Of a DNA stretch of 64,000 bases, positions 52,695 through 61,722 are shown piece after piece. The stretch comes from a virus. The translations under genes and the position numbers were made by a program. The notes beneath the pieces were generated by a model. It was not told where the DNA came from. It searched no databases and worked only from the letters and a program-made list of their open reading frames with translations. Location of the stretch: IMG/VR virus record IMGVR_UViG_3300045988_151578; one strand, written 5' to 3'. Every line of letters begins with the position of its first letter. Position 1 is the stretch's first letter.

Positions 52695-54803
52695 TTAAAT
52701 TACGAATTGTATAGTTAATGAACCATATAAATCGGTTTTAACCTTCGATAAATCTTTCTGTATAGCCTCAATAGAACTTGTATTGTTATCTATTTTAGAT
52801 CCCAAATCCAATTCCATATTGGCATCTGCATCTTTACGATCTTGAATCTCTTTTGCTAAGGCAGTATCTATATCATTTAACTGACCTTCAATACCGGTTA
52901 CCTTATCATTAAATCTAGATTGTAATTCCTCTCTAGCTTCAACTTCTGTATCAAGATCTTGTCTAAGTGTAGCTGTGGTATTTTCCAAAGCTACTACTCT
53001 TTCCTCTAAATTATTAGAACTATCAACTAAACTATCCAGAGTCTCTTTAAGGGTATCTACTCTACTCTGTAATCCCTGAATAAGTTCAAGATTACGTTGA
53101 ATATTGGCAGTATTAGTATTTATCAAATCCCTCTGAGCATCTATTCTGTCGCTTAATGCTTTATCTGCATTGCTAAGAGTAGTATTAAGATTATTAATAA
53201 TACCCGTTAAAGAATCTCTAAGAGAACTTATTTCATTAGAGATTTTACTATCCAATTCTTTATCTGCCGTCTCTCTAGCAGATTTTTCGTTATCTATGTT
53301 AGTTTGTAACTGAGCATCAGCTGTATCTACCTTAGAACCCAATGATTCTCTGGCTTCAACTTCAGTATTTAATTGTTCAGTTATAGCGGCTAATCTTTTA
53401 GTAATGGTAGCAGCAAAATTAGGATCATCACCAAGTGCCCTTGATATCTCTTCGAGAGTATCTAATACTTCAGGAGCAGAACCAATGATCTTTTCTATTG
53501 CAGCATTTACTTGTTCCTCATTCTGATAATTAGCATCATTCTCTAATTGAGATACCAGAGTTAATAACTTAGCTCCCTCATCTATGCTATTTAGTTTATC
53601 TAACAATTCATCGGTAAAGTCATTTTCTGATAAGCCTTTACCAGATTCTTTATCTACCTTACCATCTAATGAACTATTGATAGTATCTACTTTAGATTGT
53701 AAATTCTCATCATACTGTTGGAATTTAGCATCAACACTGCCAGATAAATCTGATATAGTATGCTGTATGGAAGTATCTGCATTCTCCCGGGCTTTAGCTT
53801 CGGCTTCTAAATCCTTTTGTAAAAGAGCATCAGATTGAGTTCTGTCATTGATTTCCTGAGTTACTCTTTCATCTACTTTAGTGATATTAGAGTTTACTTC
53901 AGAAATTTCATCAGTAATACGGCTATCTAAAGTATTATCAGCATCCTTACGATTCTGTATTTCCTGGGTTAAAGCATTATTTATTTCTCCAGCTTTAGTA
54001 TCTGCATAAGTCTTAGCTTCCTGTATTTTAGAAGCTAATTCTGATTTATCCGATATCTGAGTTCTAGCTAAATCCTCTATCTTATCATTTAGTGATTTCT
54101 CGGCATTTGTAGCTCTACTCTCCTCTACTTCTACAAGAGAATTGGCATAATCCTTAAGTTCACTGGCTTTACTTTCTATAGAAAGTTTAACCTTACCAAG
54201 ATCTGATTCAATACCCGAAATATCATCTTGCAAAGTACCAATACTATTCATCAATTCTGATTTGATACTATCGGCTTTGTTTGATACTTCGGCTATCTTA
54301 GCTAGTAGATTAGTATTGAAACTATCAAGTTCTTGTCTAATACTGTTTTCAGCAGCAGTAGCTCTACCTATCTCTGTATTAAGAGCATTAGATAAATCGG
54401 TTATTTTATTAAGGATAGTTGTAGCAAAATTGGGATCATTGTTAAGAGCATCGGCTAACTCTTTAAGAGTATCCAACGCTTCTCCTGAACCATCTATCAA
54501 ATCATTTATTGCCTTTTCTACATCTTCCTTAGTTTGAAATTCTAAGTCATTCTCTAATTGAGATACCTTAGTTATAATATGATTAGTACACTCCTCTAGC
54601 TTAAGTTTAAGTTCATCAGTAAAGTCATTTTCTGATAAACCTTTACCTGGCTCTTTATCTACCTTATTAGATAGGGAGAGTACAAAAGTTAGAAAATCTC
54701 TGAAAGTTCCTTCAAACCCGGCTTCCACAAAATCATTGTAATAACCTTGTTTAAGTCTCTCATCTATTTCTTCTCCACTTGAATAATACTTACTTACATA
54801 CAT
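52695..54803 (-). CDS. coiled-coil fibre (fibritin/whisker-like) with an internal duplication
   Basis: A unit of about 100 aa occurs twice (GKGLSENDFTDEL..VSQLEND..LDTL[KE]E[LI]..A L..DPNF A.TI). Heptad-rich Asp/Glu/Ser coiled coil lies between and after the two copies. Confidence 0.7.
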   Translation of the reverse strand: MYVSKYYSSGEEIDERLKQGYYNDFVEAGFEGTFRDFLTFVLSLSNKVDKEPGKGLSENDFTDELKLKLEECTNHIITKVSQLENDLEFQTKEDVEKAINDLIDGSGEALDTLKELADALNNDPNFATTILNKITDLSNALNTEIGRATAAENSIRQELDSFNTNLLAKIAEVSNKADSIKSELMNSIGTLQDDISGIESDLGKVKLSIESKASELKDYANSLVEVEESRATNAEKSLNDKIEDLARTQISDKSELASKIQEAKTYADTKAGEINNALTQEIQNRKDADNTLDSRITDEISEVNSNITKVDERVTQEINDRTQSDALLQKDLEAEAKARENADTSIQHTISDLSGSVDAKFQQYDENLQSKVDTINSSLDGKVDKESGKGLSENDFTDELLDKLNSIDEGAKLLTLVSQLENDANYQNEEQVNAAIEKIIGSAPEVLDTLEEISRALGDDPNFAATITKRLAAITEQLNTEVEARESLGSKVDTADAQLQTNIDNEKSARETADKELDSKISNEISSLRDSLTGIINNLNTTLSNADKALSDRIDAQRDLINTNTANIQRNLELIQGLQSRVDTLKETLDSLVDSSNNLEERVVALENTTATLRQDLDTEVEAREELQSRFNDKVTGIEGQLNDIDTALAKEIQDRKDADANMELDLGSKIDNNTSSIEAIQKDLSKVKTDLYGSLTIQFVI

Positions 54804-54815
54804 AAAATGAGGATT

Positions 54816-55229
54816 TTAATCTTTAAAACAAAAAATTTCACTGTTACCACATCTGAAGTATATACCATCCTGGCTAGCAAAACCATTATGTACATCCTCA
54901 GGATGTTCTGGATCCGGATCACCAGCATCTATTATGTCTCCCATTATGATTCCATAATCTGGAAGAACATCTATACGAATTTTGATAATCTGACCAACTC
55001 CAATAACCTGAGTAATTACTCTATCGAATAATACTCCAAAATAATCTTGGAATATAGAAGTAAATTTTTGTCCAGATAAACTTTGATGTATAGCTAAATA
55101 ATGACTATTCGAATCACTAATCTCTAAATGTAAACCAACGTTAGATGAATTTACTTTTATAAGATTACTATCATACCAAACTTTACCATCTATGGTTACA
55201 GGAGTAAATCTTAAATAAACACCTGTCAT
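54816..55229 (-). CDS. hypothetical structural-module protein
   Basis: 137-aa ORF on the coding strand. Confidence 0.5.
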   Translation of the reverse strand: MTGVYLRFTPVTIDGKVWYDSNLIKVNSSNVGLHLEISDSNSHYLAIHQSLSGQKFTSIFQDYFGVLFDRVITQVIGVGQIIKIRIDVLPDYGIIMGDIIDAGDPDPEHPEDVHNGFASQDGIYFRCGNSEIFCFKD

Positions 55230-55241
55230 ATCTGAATACGT

Positions 55242-55718
55242 TTAAGTTATAAAGGTTATCTTTGTATCTCTATCTCTTTTAAGAATCAATAAAAATACTA
55301 AAGCTTGATCTTTTGCTTGAGATACTTGAGTATCTCCACAGGGCATATAAGTAATACCATTGATGATAAATCTATCCTCCACCCAATTAAAATCCCAATA
55401 CCCATCATCATTAAGATAATTATTATCTAAAAGATACCTATGAGATATCATGATTGATAAATTCTCATCATCTAACTGACCAGTAGTTGAAGCCTTGTTT
55501 ATAGGCCAATTTCTAAAGGCATTATAATAACATAAAGCTTCTATTGTTAGGTTATAATAATGTGGAGTATAGTCCTCTCCATGAGTAAGTATTTGGTTCA
55601 CATGTTTAGCCCATGTTATGGTTTGTCTACCAGCATCATCATCCAAAAAGTTCTGAATTATGAGCTTGTACCTATCCCAAGATTTATTAGATACATACTT
55701 TTTTGGTAACTTAGTCAT
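55242..55718 (-). CDS. hypothetical structural-module protein
   Basis: 158-aa ORF on the coding strand. Confidence 0.5.
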   Translation of the reverse strand: MTKLPKKYVSNKSWDRYKLIIQNFLDDDAGRQTITWAKHVNQILTHGEDYTPHYYNLTIEALCYYNAFRNWPINKASTTGQLDDENLSIMISHRYLLDNNYLNDDGYWDFNWVEDRFIINGITYMPCGDTQVSQAKDQALVFLLILKRDRDTKITFIT

Positions 55719-55723
55719 AGTTA

Positions 55724-56587
55724 CTACCTCCTATGTTTATTAAGTAGTATTCTTGGATTTGGTACATCTAAAGGACCAGGTCTTTTTAATCTAACGTTTC
55801 TCGGAGGTAATATTGGTTGATAGTTCTCACAAAATGGTAAGAATATATCCAACCTGTTAGCTAAAGTACACAAGTTCTTACGTAATTCATCTATGATACC
55901 TCCAGGTTTAAGAGCATCAGTAAAAGCCTTGAATAGACTACTTCCACTCTCGGTTAATTTATCATAATACTGTACTTCTGTTGGACCCGTAGTTATAGAT
56001 TTAATCCTATCTCCTCTTGCAGAATCAGCATTATCCTCTTCTGAATCAGTAGTAGAACTTATTACACTACCAATATACTCATTAGATTTTATTAGGATAT
56101 TCATAACCCTTACATTCAAAAAATCCCAGGCAGCCAATTCCATAATTAATTGATTTTCTAGTCCTTCATAAGATAATTCATCATTATAATCCTCAATGGG
56201 AGTATCATGATTTACTAGAGGACCTATATACAATTGCCATTTATTGATATACATGGCTTTATCTTCAATGGTAATTTTATCACCAATAACTGAAGGTATA
56301 TAGTTATCTATCAATTCATATATGCTACCAGTTAAATGAGTTTTTGCTTTATTGGTTACTATTACAGTCTTACATACAGTACTATTAAATCCAGAAGAAT
56401 CAGTTACAGTAAGTGTTACTTGATAAAATCCAGGTTTTTCATAGGTATAATTAGGTAATCTCTGATTATATACATAACCCTTATCATCACCAAAATCCCA
56501 CTCAAAAATGGATTTGGGTGGGGTTTTGGTAACTACTATAAAAGAAACGTTTAGACCTAGTGTATTATATACAAAATCTAGATCCAT
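55724..56587 (-). CDS. PKD-domain protein (possible capsid decoration)
   Basis: The N-terminal ..FEWDFGDDKGYVYNQRLPNYTYEKPGFYQVTLTVTDSSGFNSTVCKTVIV matches the PKD motif (W.FGDG....H.Y...G.Y.V.L.V.D..G). Confidence 0.65.
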   Translation of the reverse strand: MDLDFVYNTLGLNVSFIVVTKTPPKSIFEWDFGDDKGYVYNQRLPNYTYEKPGFYQVTLTVTDSSGFNSTVCKTVIVTNKAKTHLTGSIYELIDNYIPSVIGDKITIEDKAMYINKWQLYIGPLVNHDTPIEDYNDELSYEGLENQLIMELAAWDFLNVRVMNILIKSNEYIGSVISSTTDSEEDNADSARGDRIKSITTGPTEVQYYDKLTESGSSLFKAFTDALKPGGIIDELRKNLCTLANRLDIFLPFCENYQPILPPRNVRLKRPGPLDVPNPRILLNKHRR

Positions 56588-56609
56588 ACAATAAAAAAAA
56601 TAAGATTAT

Positions 56610-56996
56610 TTATTCATCATCCTTATCCAGTAATACCTCAAGTATAGATTCTACAGTATCATTATCATCATATGATACTCCATTGCGATTGGCTACTTGT
56701 TTTACCTGTTCAAGAGTATAACCCTTAGCTATTTTAGCAATAGTAAGACCATTCTTTAATTGGCCTTTCATCTTGTTAAATAGCTTATCGGGATCATCCT
56801 TAGAACCTACATCGGATTTATTCTCTACTAAAATCAAGTGACCAGAATTGATGGCCAACTGTATTCTACGAGTACGGAATTGAACTGGTGTAAGTTCTAC
56901 TACTTCACCACGGCATACCGTAATACCTGTGGACTGATCATGGAAACTATAGGCTTTATCTCCTGTAGTTACTTTATAAACCTTAGACTTTGTCAT
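56610..56996 (-). CDS. hypothetical protein downstream of the capsid gene
   Basis: 128-aa ORF preceded by the CTAT-N5-TATATAAC box. Confidence 0.5.
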   Translation of the reverse strand: MTKSKVYKVTTGDKAYSFHDQSTGITVCRGEVVELTPVQFRTRRIQLAINSGHLILVENKSDVGSKDDPDKLFNKMKGQLKNGLTIAKIAKGYTLEQVKQVANRNGVSYDDNDTVESILEVLLDKDDE

Positions 56997-57013
56997 ATTT
57001 ATTAAGAATTTAA

Positions 57014-57030
57014 GTTATATACTATAATAG
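57014..57030 (-). promoter_or_regulatory. CTAT-N5-TATATAAC box (candidate phage-specific promoter / restart)
   Basis: The minus strand reads CTATTATAGTATATAAC, abutting the long inverted repeat. The ATG at 56996 lies 17 nt downstream. Confidence 0.4.
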
Positions 57031-57124
57031 AGAGATTCTAGATATAGGCAAATGGCTAAAAAATGTTATGAATGTCTCAATTTATCAAATGAAAAGATTA
57101 TACCTAATATCTAGAAGTCTCTCT
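57029..57124 (-). terminator. long-range inverted repeat directly after the major capsid gene (terminator / mRNA 3' stabiliser candidate)
   Basis: Arms AGAGAGATTCTAGATAT (57029-57045) and ATATCTAGAAGTCTCTCT (57107-57124) give 17 bp with one bulged G and a 61-nt loop. The right arm ends 7 nt from the capsid stop codon (57132). Confidence 0.5.
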
Positions 57125-57131
57125 TATGATA

Positions 57132-58244
57132 TTACTCCAGATTTACCAGAAGATATGGATCTATGTTCATGAAATCTGGGAATCCATTGTCTGAGAACTT
57201 CTTACTTGAATCCAGCATAAGAACGGCATCCTGATACATCTTACTGAATCCTGTAGTAAGTGTAGCATATACAGCTTCTGTCTGATTAGATACTATTCTC
57301 TCAGATTCAAGCATAAGCTGTTTAGCTGTAAGCTTAATCAAAGCTGCAGACTTATCAATCATCATCAACTGATTATCTGGAGTTCCCGGGTGAATGTAGA
57401 AATCTGCAGACTTAGGGACTGGAGACTTAACATTGAGTGTTGCCTGAGTAGTTCCGTAACTCTTATCCTTGAATTCTGGGAGATCAAGTAATTCGATAGA
57501 CTGATCCTCACCACCGATCATGGTAGTAAAGTTACGGCCCATACGAGAAGCTCTTACCCAAATGTGGAGCAAGTCTTTATAAGCAATACCCTTATCAGTA
57601 TCATATACTCCAATTACTGGAGCAGATTCTGAACCATCGGCTTTGTTACCGTTGATTGCTACATCCATTGCAAGATTATCCATAGCATAACCAAGCTGAA
57701 TACCGAAATCACGGAGATATATACCAAGTACGTCAAGAGATACATAACTCTTAACTTCATCAGTGAGTTTAAAGCCCTTACCAATTTTGAACAGTCTTAC
57801 TGACTTCTGTCCATAACTGATATCTCCCAATGGGATAGTCTCAGCCTCATTTATCTTAGCCGGTGCAGCATCACTCATGTTGATAAACGGCATGATAGCT
57901 GATAGTCCATTGATTGGTTGATCAGCTGTGATAATCTGAGGATAGAAAGGTGCCTGTCTCATGCCCAGGGTAATGGCATCACGGATAATCTCTGGTACAA
58001 CCCATCTTACACTCTGATCTGGCATAGAGTATAAGTTCTGCATAGTAGTAACTCTAGTATTTATACCGATTTTTTCGAAGAGTTCTGATTGTGTAATTCC
58101 CCACTTTCCTTTTACAAACTCTTCAAAGGTAACTTCTACGGGTTTATGAGAACTATCTCCAGCACGTAGAGCATCCAAAGAATGTACTATATTCGGAAGT
58201 TCTTTCTTGAAATCCTTAGCTTCCATTTTTGTTATATCTACCAT
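57132..58244 (-). CDS. major capsid protein (HK97 fold)
   Basis: 370 aa. It follows the protease/scaffold and decoration-like genes and has elevated G+C. Its length and pattern are typical of HK97-type capsid proteins (..GKGFKLTDEV.., ..LIKLTAKQLMLESERIVSNQ..). Confidence 0.75.
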   Translation of the reverse strand: MVDITKMEAKDFKKELPNIVHSLDALRAGDSSHKPVEVTFEEFVKGKWGITQSELFEKIGINTRVTTMQNLYSMPDQSVRWVVPEIIRDAITLGMRQAPFYPQIITADQPINGLSAIMPFINMSDAAPAKINEAETIPLGDISYGQKSVRLFKIGKGFKLTDEVKSYVSLDVLGIYLRDFGIQLGYAMDNLAMDVAINGNKADGSESAPVIGVYDTDKGIAYKDLLHIWVRASRMGRNFTTMIGGEDQSIELLDLPEFKDKSYGTTQATLNVKSPVPKSADFYIHPGTPDNQLMMIDKSAALIKLTAKQLMLESERIVSNQTEAVYATLTTGFSKMYQDAVLMLDSSKKFSDNGFPDFMNIDPYLLVNLE

Positions 58245-58265
58245 AATTTAAATGTGTTTTTAAGT

Positions 58266-58712
58266 TTAACGTACCAATACTTGTATAATCTCGTTTGCTT
58301 CATCAGCCGGATTCAATGCCAAGAAATCTTCATTTATTCCCTGGTTAGCCTTTACGAATCTACCGTTAAGTATATCACCAGAAGGAATTACCGGACCACA
58401 TTTAACTGTACCATTTGATACCCAGTTAACAATGGCATATCCTCTCATCATTACTGTTACTTCTACTGGATAGTTTCTCTGTTCCCCATAAGCTGGAGTT
58501 TCGCTACTTGTAAGAGCAATGCCCAGATAGTTTTTCTTGCCATCCTTAAAGGGTTCTATATTACCCTCATCGGTAAGACATACTGGCATACCTGGATAAA
58601 TCTTCTCTCCGGATTTTACTGTAAATGCCTGACAAAGCTTATGTGATTCACTTTTATAAATCACCACTTTAGGAGTTCTTTGTCCTAAAAGAGTTAATGG
58701 AGTTTCTTTCAT
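58266..58712 (-). CDS. head decoration / DUF2190-like protein
   Basis: 148-aa beta-rich ORF between the protease and capsid genes. ..GMPVCLTDEGNIEP..YLGIALTS..VEVTVMMRGYAIV..G..V resembles the DUF2190-type pattern. Confidence 0.4.
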   Translation of the reverse strand: MKETPLTLLGQRTPKVVIYKSESHKLCQAFTVKSGEKIYPGMPVCLTDEGNIEPFKDGKKNYLGIALTSSETPAYGEQRNYPVEVTVMMRGYAIVNWVSNGTVKCGPVIPSGDILNGRFVKANQGINEDFLALNPADEANEIIQVLVR

Positions 58713-58741
58713 AACTTTATTTATTGATTTAGATTATTGAT

Positions 58742-60217
58742 TTATATCTTAGACTTATACAATGTCTCAGCATTGAATTCCTCCTCCTTGTTTTTGGTTT
58801 CGTCCTCATTTTTAGTTTCATCTTCTTTTACAGAAGAAGCTCGGCTAATCTTATGAGAACCACATTCTGAACAAACTAGTGGGAACTTTTCCTCAAGCCG
58901 GATCTCATAATCCTTATTCAAGGCTATAAGAGTTTCTACTCCGGTAGTTTCTGCACTGAGCATCTTAACAATAGTTTCATCAACGTCCTTCTCAGAAGTA
59001 AACAGCTTCTTATAGTTAGTAACTGTTTTATCTCTGAGTTTAGCTATATAATCTTTACCTACCTCAGAGAACTTCTCAAGAGATTTAACCTGGTCTTCCA
59101 ACTTAGTGATTTTATCACTAAGAGAAGTTTTTTCAGTATTGAGATTGGCATTATCTGATTCGAGATTATTACATTTCTCTACCAATGAAGATATAGATTT
59201 GTAAGCCTCATCCAGATTTATCTCTCCTTCGGTATCATTAAGCTTAATCAAGCCATTTTTTCCGAATATTCTTTCTAAAAAGTTCTGTAATTCTTGGTTC
59301 ATGTCTTTTGTGATTTTATTATTAGTATTATTTTCTTTATTATATCCTTGAGTATCGTCGTTATATGGACAAGTTTTATAATCCTCATATGAGTAATGTT
59401 TTGGTTCATCCATATACTCTTTATAAGAATTATATACCCGATTAGCATATGTAGGATTAACTATTTTACCATTATCACCAACTTTCTGAGCATAAGGATC
59501 AGCTCCATGTGATACTAGTGATGTTTCGGCATATCTTATTACTTCGGTAACTACTCTACATATGAGATTGCCCTTAGAATCATATGTTCCCAGTTTCTCC
59601 CAAAATTCATTGTTATCCAATTCTGGATGAGATTTATCCCACCTAAATTGAACAGTTACTGAATTTGAATGTATAGATGGTGGTTCCATTAGAATACCTC
59701 TAGCGATACGTGGATTAGATTTACCATCTATCTTAAGTACACCATTTATTCCTGCTGGTATTTTAAACCTACCATCAGTATAACCTTCTTGCCACATCAC
59801 CTGTGAAACTGATCCTATTGCATTACCAATACTAGTTTCATGATCACAGTTTACAGTTTGACCCAGCATTAATTTCATAGAAGCCTTTAGAACACCGTTT
59901 TTACTAAAATCAGTAGGCATCCAATTTTTGGATACTATAATTTCTGATATTAGCCTGAATACAGGTTCTATAAATTCTTCAGACTTAGGCTTAAGATCAT
60001 CCAGAGACAAATCAGGATAATAAGTGTTATAATCAATATCACTAAAAAATCCAAATTTAGCTATACTTTCTGGACTTACCTTAGACCACTTATAAAAGTT
60101 TTCATTGAAGGTTAATGGATCTATACTCTTTGGTATATGATTAGCCATTATAGTATGACCCTGATCTATGATCATACGATCCTCAAAACTTTGGTTCTTT
60201 AGATTTTTGTAATACAT
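58742..60217 (-). CDS. prohead protease fused to a scaffold-like coiled coil
   Basis: HK97-type protease pattern (VNCDHETSIGNAIG..GINGVLKID..SIHSNSVTVQF..ETSLVSHGADPYA), followed by a long coiled coil and an acidic tail. Confidence 0.55.
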   Translation of the reverse strand: MYYKNLKNQSFEDRMIIDQGHTIMANHIPKSIDPLTFNENFYKWSKVSPESIAKFGFFSDIDYNTYYPDLSLDDLKPKSEEFIEPVFRLISEIIVSKNWMPTDFSKNGVLKASMKLMLGQTVNCDHETSIGNAIGSVSQVMWQEGYTDGRFKIPAGINGVLKIDGKSNPRIARGILMEPPSIHSNSVTVQFRWDKSHPELDNNEFWEKLGTYDSKGNLICRVVTEVIRYAETSLVSHGADPYAQKVGDNGKIVNPTYANRVYNSYKEYMDEPKHYSYEDYKTCPYNDDTQGYNKENNTNNKITKDMNQELQNFLERIFGKNGLIKLNDTEGEINLDEAYKSISSLVEKCNNLESDNANLNTEKTSLSDKITKLEDQVKSLEKFSEVGKDYIAKLRDKTVTNYKKLFTSEKDVDETIVKMLSAETTGVETLIALNKDYEIRLEEKFPLVCSECGSHKISRASSVKEDETKNEDETKNKEEEFNAETLYKSKI

Positions 60218-60246
60218 AATTATGAGGGTTTATAATTTAATATGCT

Positions 60247-61722
60247 TTATCTTGCTTTTGAATCTTGGTCTTTCCTCTTTGGAGCTGGATTATTCTTATC
60301 TCTAGTTCTACGGTTAGACTGATTCTTGTCATCTTGACGTTGTTTTTTCTTAGTAGCTTCTTGTGGATCAGAGTTATCACTATCTTCAAGGGATACTCTT
60401 GGTTCATCCTGATCTGGAGAATCATAGCCCATTTCCCAAGCATATTGCCACTGAGATATTATTCCAGCAGCATATAACAAATTAAGATTCTGTATCTTAT
60501 ATTGTCTTCCCTGTTGAACTTTAACTTCATCTGATATAGTTGAAGTTCCCCAAGTAATAGTTATACCCTTATTATTAAATCCAGCCAACCTTAGTTCAAG
60601 TGTATATATAAACTTAAGTACATACCCAACAATAGTCTGTATATTACTCAATTGAGATATAAGCTTGCTTAATACTATACCACTACCTCCCTCAGTACTT
60701 GAATTATTAAGACCGATGATAGAACTGTTAACTCCAAGTCCATTAGCTACCGATTGTTGATTCATATTCCAGGGAGTTTGTAAATTGCCCAACTCCTTAG
60801 TTGTAGCATTAAGCTTAAATTCGGATTCATCCATAAATCCAGTAACTATACCGTCTTTAAGTGATTCCTTCATGTTTAGCTTTAGTTTTCTAAGCATACG
60901 ATCTAGCCTTAATTCATAAGCTTTAAGAGATTCACCTCCGGATTGACTAGGTTTTTCTATTTTAGCCTCTAAGAATCCAACCATACCCATCAAATCCATA
61001 ATATGCTTAAAATTAATTCTCATATCTTGCTGGCTTTTTAATGAATCTAAAGCAGCCATAAATGGAGGTATTCCATAAGGTTCATCTGTATCATTATACA
61101 TACCAGCATAAACATAAGTTTCTGGATTTAACTTTATAAAATCTTCTCCGGGTTTTCTAAGAAAATTTACATTTCTTTGGTATGGTACATATACTCCATC
61201 TTCCTGTTGATGGAAGTATATATTCTCAGGTTTAAGGAACAATATAGTTGAAAGACCATCTAATTTCATATTTGGAACGGCTTCAACTGATATAGCTCCT
61301 CCGGTTAGTAATTGTACAATCATCTTGTTAACTAACCCATCAATACCAGCAGTATACCTTGACCATTTAGAAGATACATCTATTAGATGATCTCTCATAG
61401 CATTGGCTTCTTTATCGGTATTGTTCGGAAATAATATATTATGATGAGTATTGGCTAACTTAAAAGTATCCTGTAGAGCTATGCTCATATCAGGGTTTAC
61501 CTTGTATAGATCCCTTATTAAGGGTATAACTTCTCTACGAAATGATGGGTTTACCATCTTAGTCATACCCTTAAGTATAGAATATACACTAGTATTAGAA
61601 CTATCCTCAGGTACTGATACTCGTCCTGGAGATATAGCTACTACCTCTTTGTTTGGTTTTTGAGGACTAGGTTTACTCTTATCCTTAGTTTTAAATAGGT
61701 TAAAATTAAAAAAATTTCTCAT
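60247..61722 (-). CDS. portal protein
   Basis: 491 aa, immediately after the large terminase gene (4-nt overlap) and before the protease gene. The basic, disordered C-terminus is typical of portal proteins. Confidence 0.75.
   Translation of the reverse strand: MRNFFNFNLFKTKDKSKPSPQKPNKEVVAISPGRVSVPEDSSNTSVYSILKGMTKMVNPSFRREVIPLIRDLYKVNPDMSIALQDTFKLANTHHNILFPNNTDKEANAMRDHLIDVSSKWSRYTAGIDGLVNKMIVQLLTGGAISVEAVPNMKLDGLSTILFLKPENIYFHQQEDGVYVPYQRNVNFLRKPGEDFIKLNPETYVYAGMYNDTDEPYGIPPFMAALDSLKSQQDMRINFKHIMDLMGMVGFLEAKIEKPSQSGGESLKAYELRLDRMLRKLKLNMKESLKDGIVTGFMDESEFKLNATTKELGNLQTPWNMNQQSVANGLGVNSSIIGLNNSSTEGGSGIVLSKLISQLSNIQTIVGYVLKFIYTLELRLAGFNNKGITITWGTSTISDEVKVQQGRQYKIQNLNLLYAAGIISQWQYAWEMGYDSPDQDEPRVSLEDSDNSDPQEATKKKQRQDDKNQSNRRTRDKNNPAPKRKDQDSKAR

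Noticed and set aside
57052-57114. 20-codon plus-strand ORF (MAKKCYECLNLSNEKIIPNI) in the loop of the post-capsid inverted repeat
   Set aside because: It is too short, lies on the non-coding strand, and has no promoter or leader motif. It is most likely fortuitous.
60237-60443. 68-aa minus-strand ORF, and the 60265-60477 plus-strand ORF, at the portal 3' end
   Set aside because: They are alternative frames inside the portal gene. Nothing supports them.
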